Below, in pieces: positions 38,187 to 50,587 of a DNA stretch of 60,191 nt; positions within the stretch are counted from its first letter, which is position 1; the number at the start of each line of letters is the position of its first letter. This DNA comes from Octopus bimaculoides. Taxonomy: Eukaryota. The notes beneath the pieces were generated by a model, which was given only the letters and a program-made list of their open reading frames with translations, was not told the origin of the DNA and searched no databases. Made by a program: the position numbers and the translations under genes. The stretch spans positions 150,685,009-150,745,199 of the forward strand of contig NC_068983.1 in NCBI RefSeq assembly GCF_001194135.2, given 5' to 3'.

Positions 38187-39747
38187 ATAATATCATCCAT
38201 CTATATGTTTGCATGTCTGAGTATGTATTTATTTACATGTATGAATATGTGCGTATATATTCATACACGTGTATATTTAATGCATATGCATGCAGACAGT
38301 ACACACGCACACACACACATACACATACACACACACATACACACCCCACACACGAATATATAGAAAGTGTGTGGGAGGGAGAGAGAGAATGAGAGTTAGA
38401 TACATGTATACCATAAATATACACATCTGTGTATGTTCCTTTATACCTGGTTTCGATTTAGTGTTTCAGGATACATTGAAAGTAAACGTTTTTTACACTG
38501 CAACAAGAGACGGTACAGACATAAAAATAATACATTTTAACGCACAAATATCATTCTAACGTTATAAACTTTATATCTTATTAATTGCTAGAAATTCCCA
38601 GTGACCTGTGCCTGCCGTGTTGCCTCGATACCTCAAAGCTTTTGTGGTACTTCTTGTCATATCGTTAGAGTACTTGAGGAAAGACACAGCATCTAGTATT
38701 TCCGCTAAACAAATACCCCAAAGGCTGTTTTGCATCTGTATGATATATATATATATATATATATATAACTTAGAAATGCATAAGGATATCTGATGAAATT
38801 GTCTGGATATGTTGTTTGATGATGTAATACATTAATAAGTAAATAAATAACCATTCTTTGGATACATATGTAACATAAACTGAGCAATATTTTTATACAC
38901 ATTTATTATATATGTAAAAAGTGCGTTAGGGTGCCTAAGCCTGCTCAACAGCATAGATGCCGAAAATAATTAGCGAAAGTTTAGGGTAACCTACCAAATC
39001 GTACTCGCACGTGAGTGACCGCTGATCTATATATATCAATATATNNNNNNNNNNNNNNNNNNNNNNNNNNNNNNNNNNNNNNNNNNNNNNNNNNNNNNNN
39101 NNNNNNNNNNNNNNNNNNNNNNNNNNNNNNNNNNNNNNNNNNNNNNNNNNNNNNNNNNNNNNNNNNNNNNNNNNNNNNNNNNNNNNNNNNNNNNNNNNNN
39201 NNNNNNNNNNNNNNNNNNNNNNNNNNNNNNNNNNNNNNNNNNNNNNNNNNNNNNNNNNNNNNNNNNNNNNNNNNNNNNNNNNNNNNNNNNNNNNNNNNNN
39301 NNNNNNNNNNNNNNNNNNNNNNNNNNNNNNNNNNNNNNNNNNNNNNNNNNNNNNNNNNNNNNNNNNNNNNNNNNNNNNNNNNNNNNNNNNNNNNNNNNNN
39401 NNNNNNNNNNNNNNNNNNNNNNNNNNNNNNNNNNNNNNNNNNNNNNNNNNNNNNNNNNNNNNNNNNNNNNNNNNNNNNNNNNNNNNNNNNNNNNNNNNNN
39501 NNNNNNNNNNNNNNNNNNNNNNNNNNNNNNNNNNNNNNNNNNNNNNNNNNNNNNNNNNNNNNNNNNNNNNNNNNNNNNNNNNNNNNNNNNNNNNNNNNNN
39601 NNNNNNNNNNNNNNNNNNNNNNNNNNNNNNNNNNNNNNNNNNNNNNNNNNNNNNNNNNNNNNNNNNNNNNNNNNNNNNNNNNNNNNNNNNNNNNNNNNNN
39701 NNNNNNNNNNNNNNNNNNNNNNNNNNNNNNNNNNNNNNNNNNNNNNN

Positions 39748-40785
39748 GGTTCATTTTGGACATTACTCGGACTATGGCAGCTTTCAAAGAATCTTTGGTG
39801 TTATGAGCGTGTTCATTGACCTCTCTCTCAACAACGCTCCCCATGTAATAGTCCAATGGATTGAGATCTGGAGAAATAGGAGACCAAATGTTATGGGTTA
39901 TGTGAGCATGAAAATTTTCAGCCATCCACTCCTGTGTTACTAGAGCCATGTGTGATAGTGCAGAATCTTACTGAAATACATATGACCTTCCATTGCATAC
40001 ACTGTCTATGCAGGGCTTAACAATTATTTCCAGGATCTCAATGTAGGCGGTAGAGTTAACTTTAAAGCCTTGTGGAAAGAAGTAAGGAGGCATCACATGT
40101 CCTTCATTGCTGACAACCCCTAATATCATGACAGTTGCAGGAAATTTTGCATGCATAACACTTGGAACTTCAGAAGGATCTGCTCAGCTGTCATTTCTTC
40201 TGGTAATTTTTGATCTTGCTCAAAGTTTTTTTGAGAAAAAACCATATCAAATCTTCTTCTGCTGGATTCTTCAGTTTGTTTAAGAGCCTTTTAGATCTGA
40301 TGTAGTGATATTCTCTTGCTTTCTCGGGCAAACTGACTTTTCCTCATCATATAAGACTTATATCTGATGTCTTCATGGACAACATTTCTGATTGTTCTTT
40401 CTGACACATGGAAATTTTTTGCAATTGACCTTATGGACTTTCTGGGATTGTAATCAATGGTCTGTTGAACTTGCTGGATAAATTCAGGTGTTCTGAGGAT
40501 TTCAGAGCGTTTAGAATGCTTTTTATGCTTTGATACTGGTGATACGTTTCCATCTTCAGTCTCTAGCTCCTTACAAACTTTATAGATGAAAGATCTGGCA
40601 ACTTTTAAAGATCAAGATATTTCTAAATCGCTATGCTCAGCCTTTATAACCACAACAACAGCATACCTCTTCATTTCTTCAGTAAGCTGAGGGTCTGCCA
40701 TTATCATTTTCTGAAACAAAGATTATACAGAGTTAGCAAAAAATGACCCCCAAAAAGTATGTCCTCAAATACATTACGTACCCTG
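39748..40785 (-). mobile_element. Tc1/mariner DD37D (maT/Bmmar1-like) transposon, decayed; 3' end lost in the gap
   Basis: Candidate left TIR CAGGGTACGTAATG ends at 40785. The ATG at 40701 gives MADPQLTEEMKR...KSIRSIAK; further motifs are KFPATVMILGVVSNEG, YVFQ*DSA and WSPISPDLNPLD, with 37 residues between the last two Asp. Confidence 0.93.
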
Positions 40786-41648
40786 TGCATAACAGAGTAG
40801 TATTTTTTCAATGCATTAGATATGCTTGTAGTGCATGCGAAGCACGCGCGCACTCATACTTGCCGTAGACTTGATGTGACATTTTATCGGCGAGTGTTCT
40901 TTAGCGGTGAAATATGTTCCCAAACTTGCAAAATCTAAATCGAAAATACATAGTGCAGAAGGTACCTTTTGGCCAAATATGACATTAAAATTGAACCATT
41001 AAAACTCTTTTAAAAAATATCCCCGCGTGTGTATGCCTTAACTTACGACTATGTGTATTTGTGTGCGTGTGTAATTGTGTGTGTGCGTGCGCTGTGCGTG
41101 TGTGCGTATGTACTTTCTTTTGCTCCTTGTCTCAACGCATACAGTTGAAACTTCATCTTGGATTGTAACGTGAAACTGGACATTATAAAACACTCAAAAT
41201 TCTATTGATTTATAAGTTTTTAAATAACAGTTTACTTACTTTTCATGTGTAGACAGTTTTTACAAAAGTTTATTTTTTAATTGGTTTTAATATTGCGAAT
41301 GTTTCAAAACACATTCAATTTGTGAATCTCTTTTTAATATATATATATATATATATATANNNNNNNNNNNNNNNNNNNNNNNNNNNNNNNNNNNNNNNNN
41401 NNNNNNNNNNNNNNNNNNNNNNNNNNNNNNNNNNNNNNNNNNNNNNNNNNNNNNNNNNNNNNNNNNNNNNNNNNNNNNNNNNNNNNNNNNNNNNNNNNNN
41501 NNNNNNNNNNNNNNNNNNNNNNNNNNNNNNNNNNNNNNNNNNNNNNNNNNNCGACATTGGTGGAAAAACCAATGCTACTAACACTAAAGTACTGACGGAT
41601 TATTTCATGGAGATAAATAGGGCAGTAAAAATATCGAAAGTATTTATA

Positions 41649-41863
41649 TTGGCTTCAAATTTTGGCACAAGTCCTGCAATTCGGGAGAGGGGTAAATCGA
41701 TTACATCGACCCTAGTTCTCAACTGGTGCTTATTTTATCGAACCTGAAAGGATAAAAGGAAAAGTCGACAGCCGCAGAATTTGAACTCAGAACGTAAAGA
41801 CGGACGAAATGCCGTTAAGCATTTTGCTCGGTGTGCTAACGATTCTGCCAGCACGCTGCCTTT
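41649..41863 (-). mobile_element. Full-length family-B SINE, tail type 1, with 13-bp TSD
   Basis: GAAAGTATTTATA at 41636-41648 and 41864-41876. Confidence 0.93.
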
Positions 41864-42939
41864 GAAAGTATTTATACTAATTATTCTGACAAGAAAGAAA
41901 GGCAGACTTTCTATAGTGTAATGAATAAAGTGAACTCCGGTTTAGCGATAGATACGTAAGCCAGGTGAACATTATCTCAAATTTGGGTTTTTTGATGTCT
42001 AATAACAGTTAATCTCTTGCAACAAGATTACTGTTGATTTCGACTATGGATGTTTGAATATACGATTAACTGAATTATCTACCTTATTAAATTAACATGT
42101 GTGTGTATGTGTGTGTGTGTGAGTGTGAATATACAAACATATATACATACATATATTCATTCACACGTTAATGTGTGTGCACGAGTGTGAGTGCGTGTGT
42201 TTTATTTATTAAACTGTTTGTCAGTAACTTCGAAATCTCGTCTTCATAAACTTGTAAAGAATTCTGATTTTGAAAGCTTTTTTATATATTTTCTGGATTA
42301 TCTTGTGGATAGTGAACAGTAGTTGTAAAGAAGGTGTGATTTTATAGTGTATTTTTGTGTATTTTATAGACGACGATAGTTCTCACTTCTTTTGAAAATT
42401 GCTTCTCTATAACGTGTTTACATACACGCACGAATGAATCGAGACGATGATATATTCCTACATCAAATACAAGCAATTATAAAAAAAGATTTCACTTTCA
42501 TAACCCGGACAAAACTTGTGGCTTCCATACACACACAGAATAAAAAATATTTTCACCCACTTCATTCTTTTCCTCTTCACTCTGTTTGCATTCTTCTTCT
42601 TCTTCTTCTATTCTATTTCTCTTACCTTTTAACCTCTCGTTTTTGCTCATCCAATCAAACAATCCACACAAATATTTTTTTGTGAAAAACAAAAAAGAAC
42701 CCTACAAAATCTCACCTAAATTACAAACACCATGCCTCATCCACAAGATGAATAAAAATATACACAACAGGTTCAGAAAACTTAACATTCTTTAAAGTCT
42801 GACGAAGGCAACTGAGCTAAAACTTCGAAGTCAGTGTCAATCTTTTCCTTGTAAAAATATAACAAATACGATACTCTAATTAAATGTATTTGAGTGATAA
42901 TTAATTTATGTTTTCTTTTGTCTGTAAATATGCATAAAA

Positions 42940-43280
42940 GTGTGAAGGCGCATGGTTCAGTGGTTAGAGCATCGGGCTCACAGTTATGAGTTAGTACGTT
43001 CCATTCCCGGACCGGTCTGTGTGTTGTGTTCTTGGGCAAGATACTTTATTCCATCAGCTGTAGAAATGAGTTGCGACGTCACTGACGCCAAGCTGTATCG
43101 GTCTTTGTATTTCCCTTGTATAACATGGGTGGTGTGGGGAGGGGAGTCTGGTATGCATGGGCGACAGCTGGTCTTACATAAACAACCTTGCCCGGACTTG
43201 TGCCCTGGAGGGGGAGCTTTCTAGGTGAAATCCCGTGGTCATTCATGACCGAAAGGTGTCTTTACCCTTACTCTTTACCC
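42940..43280 (+). mobile_element. tRNA-derived SINE, family D, (TTTACCC)-like tail, 11-bp TSD
   Basis: A box TGGTTCAGTGG, B box GTTCCATTCC, core TGTTCTTGGGCAAGATACT; TATGCATAAAA at 42929-42939 and 43281-43291. Confidence 0.9.
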
Positions 43281-43307
43281 TATGCATAAAAATAAACACA
43301 TACACAT

Positions 43308-43345
<38 letters not shown>

Positions 43346-43675
43346 CACACACACATATACACACAGAAACATATATAGACATACGTGCAGTTATGAATAC
43401 ATATATACACCCACATACATATGAATCTCTGTGCATGTAAATATAAAGTTAATAACGGTTTCACATGGCCTTTCCACCATAATTTCCAGTTAATCGGAAT
43501 TTACTCGTTTTCTTAAATTGTGCATAATTCACGATCAGCTGCTTCTTTTTCAACAATCGTTTGGCGATCGGCTACGTTAAACTCGAAATAATACTTCCTG
43601 AAGCGTCAACTTCTAATATATAATGCATACATGCATACATACGTGGATGCATACATACATACATACATACATACA

Positions 43676-43707
<32 letters not shown>

Positions 43708-44986
43708 CACACACATTTATATATGTGTTCATGCATGCATATATGTATGTATGCACGTATGTATGTATTTATGTAGGTATGCATGTATGCATATAATATG
43801 TGCGTGAGAATGTGAGATGCATTAATTAAAATTAATAGGCTTGTGCGAGATTAAGAGAAAGAGTGTGAGGAAGAATAATATTAGGTACAAAAAGAGCTTG
43901 TGTTAGAGAGAGAGAGAGAGAGGGAGAGGATTTATGATGTATGTGATCACTTAGGTAGACTTATATACAGGGGGAGGGATATAGGCGAAAAGAAGAAATA
44001 GATAAATACATAGATAGATAAATAAATAGTTATNNNNNNNNNNNNNNNNNNNNNNNNNNNNNNNNNNNNNNNNNNNNNNNNNNNNNNNNNNNNNNNNNNN
44101 NNNNNNNNNNNNNNNNNNNNNNNNNNNNNNNNNNNNNNNNNNNNNNNNNNNNNNNNNNNNNNNNNNNNNNNNNNNNNNNNNNNNNNNNNNNNNNNNNNNN
44201 NNNNNNNNNNNNNNNNNNNNNNNNNNNNNNNNNNNNNNNNNNNNNNNNNNNNNNNNNNNNNNNNNNNNNNNNNNNNNNNNNNNNNNNNNNNNNNNNNNNN
44301 NNNNNNNNNNNNNNNNNNNNNNNNNNNNNNNNNNNNNNNNNNNNNNNNNNNNNNNNNNNNNNNNNNNNNNNNNNNNNNNNNNNNNNNNNNNNNNNNNNNN
44401 NNNNNNNNNNNNNNNNNNNNNNNNNNNNNNNNNNNNNNNNNNNNNNNNNNNNNNNNNNNNNNNNNNNNNNNNNNNNNNNNNNNNNNNNNNNNNNNNNNNN
44501 NNNNGTGTGGAAATTAGTTAAAAAATTATATCTCATACATAGCGCAATGTCAACTACAATTTTAATAGCAAATACTTCCCCAGAGATTTTTTTTGGTAAG
44601 GTTTGGTGTATATGTATGGTAGGTAGGTAAATGCCAGCTACAGGAAAAAAGAAAATATATATATATATATATAAAAGACAGCAACCAGCTGGTAACTCCA
44701 TTAGAACCACGGGGCCTTGGCAATACCATGCTCGGTCGTCAATTAATGTTTGCCGATACAGCTGTAATAGGAAAATGATAGTGTAGGTTGGTCGGAAAAG
44801 TTGTACCACGCCTCGTAAAACAGAAAAAGACGAAGTAGTATGTTGTACCACGTTGTTGTTGTTGTTATTATTGTTTATATTATTATTATCATCATCATCA
44901 TCATCGTCGTCGTCGTCGTCGTCGTCATCATCATCATCATCATCATCACCACCATCACTATCACCATCACCATCATCATCACCATC

Positions 44987-45018
<32 letters not shown>

Positions 45019-45030
45019 CATCATCATCAC

Positions 45031-45075
<45 letters not shown>

Positions 45076-45999
45076 CATTATCAAGTTTATAATATATCTT
45101 GATTTCTTTTCTTAACCAACTTTCCCTTCCTCCTCTCTCTCTCAATTATATGTAGACATTACAACCCATTCCCGAAAAATCCGTTAAAAACGAATAAAAG
45201 AAAAAAGAAAAAAAGAAAGAAGAATAAAAGAAAAATGGAGTCTACACACACGCATCTACATATAAAGGATATATATTTATATAAATATGTGTATGAGCAG
45301 TATATATACACATACATATTTATATCACTCATACATACATATATAAATGTTTATATATATATGCACATGTGTGTGCATGTATATATGTGTATATATGTAT
45401 GTATACATATATCTATATCTTTATATATGTATATGTATACGTACATATACATACGGACACACAAAAAAAACATACACACATACATATTCACACATAGACA
45501 CATAGATGCGTACATGCACATATATGTATACATGCGCGCATTGACGTATACGCACAAACATGTGTTTATGCGAATGTAACGAATATGGTGTTAAATCTCA
45601 AACGTCCATGTACATACATCGCTTGAGCAGTTATACGAGATGCTGGAGAAGTTTAGACGGAGTGAAAAAAAATCCCCAGCAGAGAAAGGGAAAACAAGAA
45701 CAAATCAAAGCATGAGGGTAAAAGTAAATATGGCAGAGAGTGAGAGAGAAAGGAAGAAGAAAGAGAGGAGGAAAAAGAAGACAGAGTGGAAAAGTAAATC
45801 GGCTTCACTACCAAAGGAAGAAAGAAGAAGAAGAAGAAGAAGAAGGCGAACAGTCCCCTGCGGTTTGGCTCCATGTTTCAACAGTCGTCAACGATTAAAA
45901 GCAAGTTATTTAGTGACCGCTGTTGACGGATTAGGGCAGTATGAAGAGATATAAGGGAAGCAGACGGAGGGAAAGGAACAGTAAGACTGAGACTAGAAA

Positions 46000-46413
46000 G
46001 AGAGGTAGTGAGAGAGAGAGAGAGATAGTTAGAGAGGGAGTGTGAGCGAGAGAGAAAGGAAAGAGAGAAGATGGTCATAGAGAGAAAACGAAATAGAATA
46101 TGAGAGAGAGGGAGAGAAAAGAGAGAGAATGAAGAGTGCGGATGGTGACAGAGACAGAAAACGATGTAGTATATGAAAGAGAGATAGAGAGAAAGAGAAA
46201 GAGAGGAGAGAGAGTGGGAGAGAGAGAGGGAAGAGAGAGAGAGAGAGGGGAAGAGAGAGAGAGAGGGGAAGAGAGAGAGAGAGAGAGGACGGTCACAGAT
46301 GGGAAAACAAAGTAGAATATGAGAGAGAGAGAGAGACTAAAAAGAAGAGAGAAAGGATAGAATGTGGATGGCTACACAGAGAGGAAACAATGTCGTATGT
46401 CAGAAAGATAGAA

Positions 46414-46459
<46 letters not shown>

Positions 46460-46759
46460 AAAGAGGGAGAGAGAGACAGAGAAGGAAAGAGGGAGAGAGT
46501 GACAGAGAAGGAAAGAGGGAGAGAGAGACAGAGAAGGAAAGAGGGAGCGAGAGAGGATGGATACATATGCGAAAACAAAATAGAATACGAGAGAGAAAGA
46601 GAGAGAGAGAGATGGAAAGGACAGAATTGGGATGGGTACAGAGAGAGAAAACAATGTAGTAAATAAGGAAGAGAGAGACAGAGAGAGAGAGAGATGGAAA
46701 AAGAGAGAATGTAGTAAATAACCGAGAGAGAGAGAGAGAGTGAGAGAGANNNNNNNNNN

Positions 46760-46808
<49 letters not shown>

Positions 46809-46830
46809 TGGATGGTTATAGAGGAAGAAA
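46000..46830. repeat. GA-rich compound array with higher-order structure
   Basis: A 26-bp unit GAGAGAGACAGAGAAGGAAAGAGGGA occurs about 4 times near 46450-46550. Recurrent GATGG...GAAAAC blocks are also present. Confidence 0.85.
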
Positions 46831-47359
46831 GTAATATAGATTATAAGGGAGAAAGAAGAAATGATAAACAGGTAGTGACGTAGGAGAGGAAATTGACATG
46901 TTTGTTATATCTGGAAATAATTGGTAGCTATATTTCGATGTTTTGAATTATATAGTATTTAAACGTTTAAAATTAGATATAATGATAATGATAATTGTAA
47001 TACTGTTATTGTTGCTGGAAATATTACTGCTATAAATGCTACTGCCGAAGGTGTATGAGATTTGTCTTCCGGAAGGTACATTCAGACGCAATAAACTTAT
47101 CAATGCGATTTTCACATCTCAAGAGCATTTGAATGATAAAACAAAATGTGTGTATGAGTGTTTGTATATGAATTACAGACATGCACAATTAAATTTTTCC
47201 TAGATAGTGGTCGTTTCGGAGATGGATGAGTGTGTGGCACTGAGGAGCGGAAATGGCCACGAAATATCGATATCTGCCACTCTCTTTCACTTTCCGGACG
47301 ATTTTGTTTTGCCTAAACCTGCCGGAGAACCGATATAACGTACATCTACCACAAACGGT

Positions 47360-47408
<49 letters not shown>

Positions 47409-47767
47409 GCAACAACGGTAATGATAGGGGCTTCAAAGGCATTGGCGTTCGTTGCGTAGATGTCGATGATGATTATGATTATAAAAAGGATTTTAATATT
47501 GATAAAAATCAACATTTAGAACATAGTAACCCAAATTACATATAAAAACTGTCATCATTAATTCGGCAAGAAGGTTCTAGAAATATTCTCGGAGTTGGAG
47601 CAATCTTGTTAATATCGTGCTTCAAAAACATTCCATTGGTAGCTTGAAACGAGATCAACGTATAACATTGCGATTACAATAGTGATAAAAATAATGACGA
47701 CTGTAATAATATTAATAAGAATATCAACAACAACAACAACAACAACAACAAAATGATGATGATGATG

Positions 47768-47804
<37 letters not shown>

Positions 47805-47824
47805 TAATAATAATGATGATGATG

Positions 47825-47881
<57 letters not shown>

Positions 47882-48197
47882 TTTGGAGATATCAGATAGC
47901 AAGAATGTGAGAATTGAAAACATAAATAAGGTTCATAATAATAGCTGTTTTGGGATTGATAAAAAGAGTCAGAAATATACATGACCACAGCAACAGTACT
48001 TACAAATATGCATGTCACATAGAAAATAGTACAACTGGGACTGAATTACTTAAGAGTGCTTTCGCTACAATGTACAAAATAGCTAAAACAAAAGAACTCA
48101 CTTTATGACCCCGAATTATGCACTGCATAACGCTCGGTAATGTAGTGAAACACACAGTAGCGAGAAAACGATGATGATGATGATGATGATGACAACA

Positions 48198-48772
48198 AAT
48201 GCCCTGATGCAAAACCGGGCTGTTGCTCTCATGGCTTCTGATCTTAACTGATTGGAAGTGTTAACAGGTACATGTTTTGCCTTGCTGTAAAAGAATTTTC
48301 TGCTCAATATCACAGGTTTGCTTATCAGTAGCTTGAACTTAACCAATTGAACGTGTCCCTTAGTGGCTGACGATATGTGCATCTCTGATCACGAGCAGGA
48401 GCAGTGGTGGAGCATCATAGACGTATGTTGAGAGGGATTCTTTAGGGTTTGAATAATTCATTCCTGGAAACATAGCTGTTTTGTTCATCATTCCTTAAAC
48501 AAGTTTTATTTAGGGAGCTGTTGAGCAGGATTGGCATCTCGATCTTTTGAGCGAGATGGGCTACTCGACCGGAAGAAAATTCTAACTGGGCCCCACCTGC
48601 AAGGTCACGAGCAGTTTATTTTGATATGAGGTCACCATGTCGCAGATATATGGTTGTGATGCATGTGCCTAGTGTACCCTTTTATCAAACGGGTAGTCAT
48701 GATGGGTATATTGGGCTTCGTATATCTGTACCCCAGCGTCACCTTGATGGTGTGTGCCGCTCTCCCATTCAA
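48198..48772 (+). mobile_element. Unclassified about 575-bp non-coding element E, ending in (AAT)n
   Basis: Its 3' 100 bp is shared with 32314-32419. It has no ORF, TIR or tRNA boxes, and is flanked by (GAT)n and AATAATGATAATAAT. Confidence 0.7.
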
Positions 48773-48786
48773 TAATGATAATAATA

Positions 48787-48975
48787 AACCTTTCTAATGT
48801 ATGCACAAGGCCTAAAGTTTTGGAGAAAGGAGCTGGTAGATTTCATTCACCTTAGAACGTGACTGGTACTTAATTTATCGATCCCATGAAGATGAAAGGC
48901 AAAGTCAACCTCTGCGAAATTTGAACTCAGAAAGTAAAACTAAGAAATGCCATTAAATATGTTCGCCTTCACGCA
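48787..48975 (-). mobile_element. Degenerate family-B SINE
   Basis: CTGGTACTTAATTTATCGATCCC...GAAAGGCAAAGTCAACCTC...TTTGAACTCAG. Confidence 0.85.
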
Positions 48976-49009
48976 TAATTTTAGCAAACACAATACAATA
49001 AATGACAAT

Positions 49010-49990
49010 TCTTTTAGTGATTAACTGGCACCGAAATTTTGCTGGCATTCAAAAGTGTTGCATGAAAGTTACCAGCGTGTAGCGAAAAAATATCCTCGTT
49101 TCAAACAGATATTTCCTTAGTCACCTATTGTCGCCTTTAGACGGAATAAGAATGTAAGATAATTATTGACCTCTATTTTTGACTCCAAGCAAACGAATAT
49201 TGGAGTATCTGCACGCTGTACCTTGAAAAACAGCCGCAAGAGAGGTAAGCCCTGTTCATTGTGCAACAACATGGATCAAGTGAATTCCATCAGGAATCAT
49301 AACAGAAATGTTATGATTTATACAGAAGGTGGGACATGTAGAGATTCCCATTTGGTGTACGCGGCAGAATGCACGAAACACAACTTGATTTATGTTGGTT
49401 GTACAACAGAACAATTAAACAAAAGATTTAATGGACACAGATTCGACGTCAGGCACAATAACAATAGTTCAACAGGACTTGCTGAACATTTCGTTTCAAA
49501 CGGCTGCAATTTTGAAAAAACTTGAAAGTGCATATTCTCAGAAAATATTCTGAGTCTGCTTCACTTTCACTTCTCAGAATGCACGAGGAGAAATGTTTGT
49601 GGGTTATTAACATCACGCCCTGGGGGAATGAATAAAATGACAGGAGAATATCATCAAATTTATACAAATCTATTTGATTAAATATTCTTTTCTTTCCTTT
49701 TCTTCTTTCCTCTTTTTTTCTGTCTTTTTTCTGTCTTTTTCTTTTCGCCTGTTATAAAATTGAAACTTAAAGACTGATGATGTCATTCCATCAACGTGTG
49801 GACGCTGGTTGCACTCGCTCATATTTTAAATTTAAATTTCTATAATTTTGAATTTTTATCACCTCTTATTTTGAACTTGACAAAGACGGACTTACTGTCG
49901 AAACATCGTTCAACCAATAACATATCTAGTACAATCGAATCACGCTCTTCGTCTTGACTATTTACCTTTGTGAAGAGTTATGTCAATCCT
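49010..49990 (+). mobile_element. Penelope-like element remnant (Cys-rich linker, GIY-YIG endonuclease, pLTR-like end)
   Basis: IFP*SPIVAFRRNKNVR, RGKPCSLC, C...HLVYAAECTKHNLIYVGCTTEQLNKRFNGHRFDV...LAEHF, then after a frameshift LKVHIL...PGGMN. A hammerhead-like fold lies downstream at 49871-49913. Confidence 0.9.
49871..49913 (+). ncRNA. Degenerate type-I hammerhead-like fold in the Penelope terminal region
   Basis: Stem I UUGAAC/GUUCAA, core remnant UUGACAA (consensus CUGANGA), stem II GACGG-ACUUA-CUGUC, GAAA, then CAUC with helix III almost absent. Confidence 0.45.
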
Positions 49991-50014
49991 TTTAAAATAT
50001 AACAACAACAACAA

Positions 50015-50079
<65 letters not shown>

Positions 50080-50097
50080 ATAATAATAATAATAATA

Positions 50098-50223
50098 ATC
50101 CTTTCAACTATAGACACAGGGCCTGAAATTTTGGGGGTGGGGACAATCGGTTACATCGACCCCCAGTGTTTCACTGGTACTTAATTTATCGACCTCGAAG
50201 GGATGAAAGGCAAAGTCGACCCC
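50098..50223 (-). mobile_element. Family-B SINE core and tail (type 2), cut by the gap
   Basis: CCTTTCAACTATAGACACAGGGCCTGAAATTTT...GGATGAAAGGCAAAGTCGAC. Confidence 0.9.
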
Positions 50224-50553
50224 NNNNNNNNNNNNNNNNNNNNNNNNNNNNNNNNNNNNNNNNNNNNNNNNNNNNNNNNNNNNNNNNNNNNNNNNNNNNN
50301 NNNNNNNNNNNNNNNNNNNNNNNNNNNNNNNNNNNNNNNNNNNNNNNNNNNNNNNNNNNNNNNNNNNNNNNNNNNNNNNNNNNNNNNNNNNNNNNNNNNN
50401 NNNNNNNNNNNNNNNNNNNNNNNNNNNNNNNNNNNNNNNNNNNNNNNNNNNNNNNNNNNNNNNNNNNNNNNNNNNNNNNNNNNNNNNNNNNNNNNNNNNN
50501 NNNNNNNNNNNNNNNNNNNNNNNNNNNNNNNNNNNNNNNNNNNNNNNNNNNNN

Positions 50554-50587
50554 CCTAACCCTAGGGTTAGGGTTAGGGTTAGGGTTA
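50554..50587. repeat. Interstitial telomere-type repeat with a palindromic junction CCTAACCC-TA-GGGTTAGG(GTTAGG)n
   Basis: Read directly from the sequence; the left part is hidden in the gap. Confidence 0.9.

Noticed and set aside
50554-50587. Ancient chromosome end-to-end fusion site
   Set aside because: The repeat polarity is opposite to a fusion, the tract is very short, and it abuts a gap.
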